Source of the DNA: Eledone cirrhosa
Taxonomy: Eukaryota
NCBI GenBank assembly: GCA_964016885.1
Contig: OZ024750.1
Coordinates: 54,932,001 to 54,996,000, forward strand
Length of the DNA stretch: 64,000 bases
Reading direction: 5' to 3'
How positions within the stretch are numbered: position 1 is the stretch's first letter; every line of letters starts with the position of its first letter. The notes under the pieces were generated by a model that was given only the letters and a program-made list of their open reading frames with translations, searched no databases and was not told the origin of the DNA. The translations under genes and the position numbers were made by a program. Shown here piece after piece: positions 56,436-64,000 of this stretch.

Positions 56436-57367
56436 TTACAATACAAAACCTCTGAGAATGATTTCTAAGATATTTCACCATAATTAATTTTCATCAATAT
56501 ATATTAATATTATTATTGTTTATTAGGTCAGGTGGATTGGCCAGAACAATTCTACTCTTCTTTTTTAGATGTCACGATTTTTCATGGCATTCCTGAGATC
56601 ATTAATCTCCAGCTGGAGATCCAGAGACATCTGATGTATGTAGGTGAACCTCAGTCATCCCACTAGGGTCTTACTATGTTTAGGTATCCACCACAGGAGC
56701 CAGCTCATCAGGTCATCCTACCCTCAGCAGCAATGTCCAGCATCTATTGATTTCCGCTCCCTAGTTATTGTGGTAATCTTCGATATCTGGGAATATATTT
56801 CTTCTGCTTAAGGGAGTAATAAATATATAGTTTTACAAAAAACATCTATATACACACACATATATATATGTTGTCATTTATAAGAGTTCTCTATCAAAAG
56901 CCTTCTCTATGTCCAAAGCTAAGTATAGTGGCTTATTTTTCTCTAAGAACCTCTTTTGTAGTTGTCTCACTAAGAAGAGGGCATCTGTTGCACTTTTCAG
57001 CGGCTTAATTAATTAATGAGGTTTAATTAATGAGGAATTTTGAGGTATTTATAACAATTATTAATTATTTCATTACTGAGATATCATTTGAAGGACTTAC
57101 TAATGTTTTTATTTATTAATTATTTTATTAGTAACTTAACATGTGGTTCTTGTATAAAATTATGTTGGAAGATTTTAGGAAGATGCTATGTAGCCGGTCG
57201 CAGTAAAATAGACGCCCAGGCTATGTAGCCGGTAAGAGTGTCAGACTCCATGTGTTGCGGCCCTTTATGGTCTGAGTTAAGACAATTTAAAATCTTTTCC
57301 ACCATCAATTGTTAAAAAACAAGTTAAAATCATTTTGTCGTCCATTTGTAACGTACGTTACACTTTA

Positions 57368-58162
57368 GTTACATACACATATACTATGTTACATACACAC
57401 ATCTACTGTGTTACATACACACACATCAACTGGGTTACATACACACACATCTACTGCGTTACATACACATCTACTGTGTTACACACACATCTACTGTGTT
57501 ACATACACACACATCTACTGAGTTACATACACACACATCTACTGTGTTACATACACACACATCTTCTGTGTTACATACACACATCTACTATGTTACATAC
57601 ACACATCTACTATGTTACATACACACATCTACTGTGTTACATACACACACCTGTGTTACATACACACACATCTACTGAGTTACATACACACAGATCTACT
57701 GTGTTACACACATCTTCTATGTTACATACACACAATCTACTGTGTTACATACACACATCTACTGAGTTACATACACACACATCTACTGAGTTACATACAC
57801 ACACATGTACTGTGTTACTTACACACATCTACTGTGTTACATACATACACATCTACTGTGTTACATACATACACATCTACTGTTACATACACACATCTAC
57901 CGTGTTACACACACACATCTACCGTGTTACACACACACATCTACCGTGTTACACACACACATCTACCGTGTTACACACACACATCTACTGAGTTACATAC
58001 ACATATACTGAGTTACATGCAAACACACATCTACTGTGTTACATATACACATCTACTGTGTTACATACACATCTACTGTGATACACACACACACATCTAC
58101 TCATACATATTCATAAATAGACACACATTATACAAATAATTATTACATACACACACATCTCT
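57368..58162. repeat. minisatellite, ~20-24-bp unit (ctactgtgttacatacacacacat)
   Basis: More than 30 units, direct reading. Confidence 0.9.
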
Positions 58163-58927
58163 GTAATAATTCAGGAAGGAAGGGGCTGGTGAAACGCTAT
58201 AGCAATGTGTGTGTGTTGTGTACCTTTCAGGTTTACCGGTTTCGTAGCCTATTTGAAGATTTTATTATAATTATGAACCTTATAATTCAATTAATTATGA
58301 ATAATTTTGAGCTATTTATCACAATTGTTAGTTAATTACTAACATAGTAACTTACCATATGGTTGTTATATAGAATTTTGTTGGAAGACTTTAATTTAGA
58401 TAGGAACCATTTCCATAGTACGAGAACTAATTTTGGTTGGGTTTCTACCAAAAGAGTTAATGAAGAATTTTGAACAATTTACTAAAATTATTAATTATTT
58501 CATTACTAAGATAATGTGTGAATACACAATTATATGTGTGTATATATATATAAACAGTATATATATATATAGTATATATATATATAAACAGTATATATAT
58601 ATATAGTATATATATATATAAACAGTATATATATAGTATACAAAAGATGTAGTGGGATAGTGTGTAGTCTTAAGACAAGTCTGTCCAGATAGCTGCGCTG
58701 TAACTTACACTTATTGGGACTGTGTGTTGGCAAGCAGGCCTGTATTTTGGGATCTAGCTGGTCCATTATGAGGGAGGTCTGGTTAGTTGGCAGCACCATG
58801 CCTTACTTGTGGTATATGTATGTATAGAAATAAGTTATTGTATATGCATAACTGTCCATCTATATGTATACATGTATGTTTACTTATATCTTTGCATACA
58901 TATATACATTTTCAGATGTATACACGT

Positions 58928-60848
58928 AATGGTCACCCGGATAGTAAACCAAGTCATACAGAATGGGGTTGTTCTGAAGGACTGGCGTAGCAGCATCATC
59001 ATTAACTGTTACAAGGGTAAAGGAGATGCCCTAGATAGGAGTAACTATAGAGGCATTAAATTAATCGACCAGGTCATGAAGGTCACGGAAAAAGTAATAG
59101 CGCAACTAATCAGAGAGAGAATTGATCTAGATGAAATGCAGTTCGGGTTTGTGTCAGGTAAAAGTACCACAGACGCTCTTTTCATTGTACGACAACTACA
59201 GGAGAAGTACCTAGTTAAAAGTAAACCCCTATACTTAGCTTTTGTTGACTTGGAGAAAGCCTTCGACAGAGTCCCCCGTTCCATTATCTGGTGGGCTCTT
59301 AGAAAACTAGGTGTTGAGGAATGGCTTGTGAGAGCTATACGAGCCATGTATAAAGAAACAGTCAGCAAGGTTAGAATTAACAACGAATATAGTGAAGAGT
59401 TTAGCGTAAAAGTTGGTGTTCATCAGGGCTCCGTCCTTAGCCCCCTACTATTTATTATTGCCCTTCAGGCTATAACAGTGGAGTTCAAGACCGGCTGCCC
59501 ATGGGAACTCCTATACGCAGATGATCTAACGCTCATAGCTGAATCAATGGCCGAGCTAGAGAAGAAATTCCAAACATGGAAGCAAGGCCTAGAATCAGAA
59601 GGCCTTAAAATTAACCTGGCTAAGACTAAAGTTCTAGTTTGTAGGAAAGAAAATAAGGCGCCGGTCCCTTCCGGGAAATGGCCATGCTCAGTGTGTAGGA
59701 AAGGCGTAGGTAGAAACTCCATTTTATGTCCCAAATGCAAAGTATGGGTTCATAAAAGATGTAGTGGGATCACAGGTAAGCTAACTAAGAACATAGATTT
59801 TACATGTGGCCGGTGCTCTGGTGCAATAAGTAGCAGCAAGTGCCCACAAAATACTAGCTCTTTCAATTGCGCAGAGGGTTCTATAGAAATAGTGGACAGC
59901 TTCCGTTACCTGGGTGACAAAATCAGCAGTGGGGGAGGGTGCTCTGAAAGTACAGTAGCTAGAGTCAGAACTGGATGGAAAAAGTTCAGAGAGCTTATAC
60001 CACTATTAGCCGCTAAAGGGTTCTCCCTAAAAATGAAAGGCAGGTTGTATGATGCCTGCATATGAACAGCAATGTTGCATGGCAGTGAGACCTGGGCATT
60101 GTGTGCAGAGGATATACGCAGACTAGAGAGGAACGAAGCTTGCATGCTTCGCTGGATGTGTAATAGTAATATATGTGAACGGCAAAGCATAAACGAACTA
60201 AGGGAAAAATTAGAAATAAGAGGGATCAGATGTTGTGTACTCGAGAGAAGACTACGTTGGTATGGTCCACGTGATGCGGATGAAAGACGACAGCTGTATA
60301 AAAAAAATGCAGGGCAATAAAGATAGACGGTAGCCACGGAGTAGGCAGACCCAGAAAAACCTGGGACGACTTGATAAATTCCGACCTCACACACTTACAC
60401 CTCTCCAAGACAATGTCACTGGACCGAGATCTTTGGCGGTACTCAGTAATAGAGAAGACCCGCCTTACCTAGATACAAAGTAAAACCTACTACAGTCAGT
60501 AGGCACCTCTAACAAAATACACCCCCACCCCATCCACACCGCCCCTTTCAATGTAAAGTTATGTTGGTGCCACAACATCCAGGCCGAAACAAATGAGGTC
60601 GTGTAGGTGTCACGACAAAAAAAAAAAACACAGTCCACGCAGTAATGTGGCCGTGTAGGTAACACGGTAAAAACCTCTCAGTCCCACACTGTAAATGCGG
60701 TTGGTGTTAGGAAGGGCATCCAGCTGTAGAAAACCCGCCAGACAGTCCTATGCGAGCAAGACAACCACTCTTGCCTCAAGTGGGAAAATTCCCGTCCAAA
60801 CCCATGCAAGCGTGGAATATGGACGTTAAACGATGACGATGATGATGA

Positions 60849-60852
<4 letters not shown>
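58928..60852 (+). mobile_element. 5'-truncated RTE LINE with (GAT)n tail
   Basis: RT motifs (YKGKGD..NYRGIKL, LEKAFDRVP, YADDL), PHD-like Cys cluster, premature TGA at 60063-60065, frameshift near 60268, 3' UTR ending gatgacgatgatgat. Confidence 0.92.
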
Positions 60853-60882
<30 letters not shown>

Positions 60883-60886
<4 letters not shown>

Positions 60887-62003
60887 CTTTGACATTTCTT
60901 AGAAAAAAAATGAAAAAGTTTTGTGAGAACCCCAATGTTTATTTATTTTATTTTATTTTTAAATAAAATTAATAACATTAATTTTATTTTGAAATTAGGT
61001 TTATAAATATTAATTATCAGCAGACCTTTGTAGCAGTCTTGGCGGCTTAGTGGGAAGTACCAGAGATGGTGAGGTCCTTGTCTGTAGGTTCAATCCTGGT
61101 CTGGGAGTTCAATCATTGCTGTAATGTGTCCTGTTAATCTTTTTTTAAATTTTCCTCAGAAAAAACTGAAAATCTTTGGTGAGAACCCCAATGTCTATTT
61201 ATCTAATATAATTTAATTTATTTTATTTTACTTTAGTTAAATTGTCAAAACCACTGGTGATCTAAAGTTAGAGGAGACAGATAAAATAGACATATTGTCT
61301 CCTCAACCTTTAGATCTTCAGTGTTTTCGACAATTTAACTAAAATAAAAAATTAAATTCAATATAATTAAATAAATAGGGGTTCTCTTTTTCAAAGAGAT
61401 ATAGAAAGAAAATTATAAAAGATTAACATGACACCTTACATGTATCTCATGGACCAGGATTGAACCTGAGTCCCCAATTCAACCCTCAGACCAGGATTGA
61501 ACACCCAGAACAGGATCTCACCATCTCTGGTACTTCCCACTAAGCTACCGAGACTGATACAAAGATGTACTGAAATTTAATATTTATAAACCTACTTTCA
61601 AAATAAAATTAAAAATAAAATATATATATATATATATTCCTTTGACATTTCTTAGAAAAAAGAACTGAAAAAGTTTTGTGAGAACGCCAATGTCTATTTA
61701 TTTTATTTTATTTTTAATTAAATTAGTTATATTTTGAAAGTAGGTTTATAAATATTAATTTTCAATAGACCTTTGTAGCAGTCTTGGTGGCTTAGTGGGA
61801 AGTACCAGAGATGGTGAGATCCTTGTCTGTAAGTTCAATTCTTGCTTGGAGACATGTCTAATGTGTCCTATTAATCTTTTTTAAATTTTCCTTTTACATC
61901 TCTTAGAAATAACTGAAAATCTTTGGTGAGAACCCCAATGTCTATTTATCTAATATAATTAATTTAATTTAATTTAATTTAATTTTTATTTTAGTGAAAC
62001 CAC
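60883..62003. repeat. fold-back (MITE-like) element with tRNA-like A/B boxes in its arms, plus a partial direct duplicate
   Basis: ~60980-61279 is an imperfect reverse complement of ~61296-61612. 61636-62003 repeats 60883-61255. Confidence 0.7.
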
Positions 62004-64000
62004 TGTTGTATTCAAGAGACCAGGTGGAGGGGTGGGTCTGCTAGATTCATCGTGGGTAAAGAGCGGTGCTATGAACTTTTCTGGGTGGGAAATGACAATG
62101 GGCTGGGTATACACATACCACCCCACCACCCCACCGTAAAGTGGTCGTGGAGGCGCCACGGCAAAAAAGCACCCAGCCCGCTCTGTAAAGCTGACGTGGA
62201 GGTGCCACGTAAAAAAGAAAAGCACCCAGCACTCACTGCAAACTGGGTTGGCGTCAGGAAGGGCACCCAGCTGTAGAAACCAATCCAGAATCAGCTCCCA
62301 CCCCACCCTTGCAAGCATGGAAAAGCGGACGTATGATGAAGTTGATATATATATATATATATTAGTATATATATACACATACATATGTACACATATACAC
62401 ATACATATATATATATATATACACACACATATATATCAGTGTACATATATATATACATATATATATATATATAAATGAATATTTATTCAATTTAAAGCCC
62501 CAATTATCTATATATAACAAGATATGAATTTTTCTAGGGATGGGGAAATTTTCAGTTTGTTTTTATATTTTCACTTCATTTTTTACTTTCTATTTAATAC
62601 AGTCTTTGATCCAATATAATCCTGACAGTATTTGAACCAGTTTACCTCATATATATGTATGCACACACAACACTCAAGTTTCGCCATCTACTGCTATTTC
62701 ATTCATATTTATTGTTTAATTAACTCTGGTCTAATTCATCAACTATTGTTAATTATATTATTACGTAGATTTCTTATAAAATCTAGTGCATATATACGTG
62801 TATATATACAGGGAGACACTGTGTAATAGATGTAAAGAGAGTGGGAGATAGAGTTATAGAAGTAAAGAGAGGGAGAGAAATAAGCGGTAGATAGAGCAAT
62901 AGATGTAAAGAGAGGGTTAGAACGTTCAACTTGACAGTCAGTACATATGCCAACTACCCAACCGGCCAGCCAGCCGTATTTGCGGTTGACTGGCCAGTTG
63001 GGCGGTTGGTATGTGTAACGTTCAACTATGCAGTCAGTACCAAAGTTCAACATTGTAGCCAGTGCATATGCCGATCGCCGCGACCTCTTTGCTCTATTTA
63101 AATGACCTGGAACTAAGTAAAAAGAGTAGGAGATAACTCGACAAGAGCGGAGAGGGTGAGATTCGAACCATGTAAAGTCGTTGGCTCCTGAACTTCGTAA
63201 GCGGGGCTGCTACTGACTGAGCAGCGCCGGCAGCAAGGCAAATCGCGCATAAAATAACGCTTATATCGAGAAAATAAAACAAAAATTTCAATGTTGCACT
63301 CTTGTTTGTTGTTCTTTTATTTTACGTAAACATTTCGCTGCTCTAGCCTCTTATTTCCTATTAGATTACACTTAATTCCATTAAACATTCATTCTTAGTC
63401 TCGTGGTAAACTATTTCATCTATATTTATATCGCTGTTACAGCCTTTTATTTCTACATCTATCACCTATAGCCACTGTTACGCCGGTAGTATAAGTAGCT
63501 TTATAACAAGAAACGATGATATAACTCCACAAAATGTCTTCTTGAGCAAGACACTTCACCTCATATTGCTCCAGTACACCGAGTTACACATAGACAGATA
63601 CATACATACACATATATATGTACACAAATAGAAATAAGAGGGAGATAGAGTAAAAGATGTAAAGATAGTGTAAAAGATTTAAAGAGAGGGTGAGAGTGTG
63701 ACACACATTTATCTGTCTATCTCTCTCTATTTTAACACCGGTCGTTATAATTAGTTTTATAACACCGCTATATTACCGACATGAAAGAGGTAAATAATTA
63801 TTTCTTAAATGTTTAGAACATGTTTCTCTTGTCTTCTTAAATGTATAGAACATGTTTCTTATTTATATTCTTAACATAGCTAGGACCTTATCTCATTTAC
63901 TGGTCTCTACTTTTAGGGCTTTGCTGGTCCCATGTGCCCTCCATGAAGACACACTCGCCCCTTCTCTCTCAGTCTCCGTACTAATTACTACACATACGTA
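62004..64000 (+). repeat. fifth, partial copy of the 5.94-kb unit (equivalent to ~34395-36435), running off the window end
   Basis: Same sequence order; ORF 62632 matches 35044. Confidence 0.92.

Larger units (their letters stand above)
33335..57004 (+). repeat. four head-to-tail ~5.94-kb tandem duplications (units start ~33335, ~39275, ~45225, ~51170; the last is truncated at 57004)
   Basis: Equivalent ORFs recur at 33415/39352/45302/51247 and at 35044/40955/46883/52841. Confidence 0.95.

Noticed and set aside
57005-57185. AT-rich segment resembling 27400-27560 and 58250-58520
   Set aside because: Probably an old dispersed AT-rich repeat; similarity is too weak and low-complexity to define.

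Overview
AT-rich, repeat-dominated animal genomic DNA. The SINE, RTE and microsatellite make-up resembles cephalopod (Octopus-like) sequence, but this is an inference. 1-3.1 kb holds a degenerate RTE LINE and a dead mariner. 3.1-25.7 kb is one interrupted (TA)n/(TA)nTCTG microsatellite field colonised by four hammerhead-ribozyme (HHR)-bearing insertions: (i) a 5'-truncated Neptune-like Penelope-like element (PLE), (ii) a non-coding HHR element with a very long stem II, (iii) a 5.9-unit tandem array of a 466-bp HHR retrozyme, and (iv) an apparently intact PLE whose coiled-coil/QN-rich ORF1 is joined to the RT-GIY-YIG ORF by an HIV-type T_TTT_TTA -1 frameshift site. All four share one architecture: a head-to-head inverted arm, with both outward ends finishing at short TA/AT motifs downstream of the ribozyme and fused to (TA)n. 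25.7-33 kb is old AT-rich DNA with SINE/LINE relics. 33095-33230 is an RMND5-like first coding exon. It is followed by four ~5.94-kb tandem duplications of TE debris (including a degenerate CRE-type retroelement), a minisatellite, another RTE copy, a fold-back element and a fifth partial unit.
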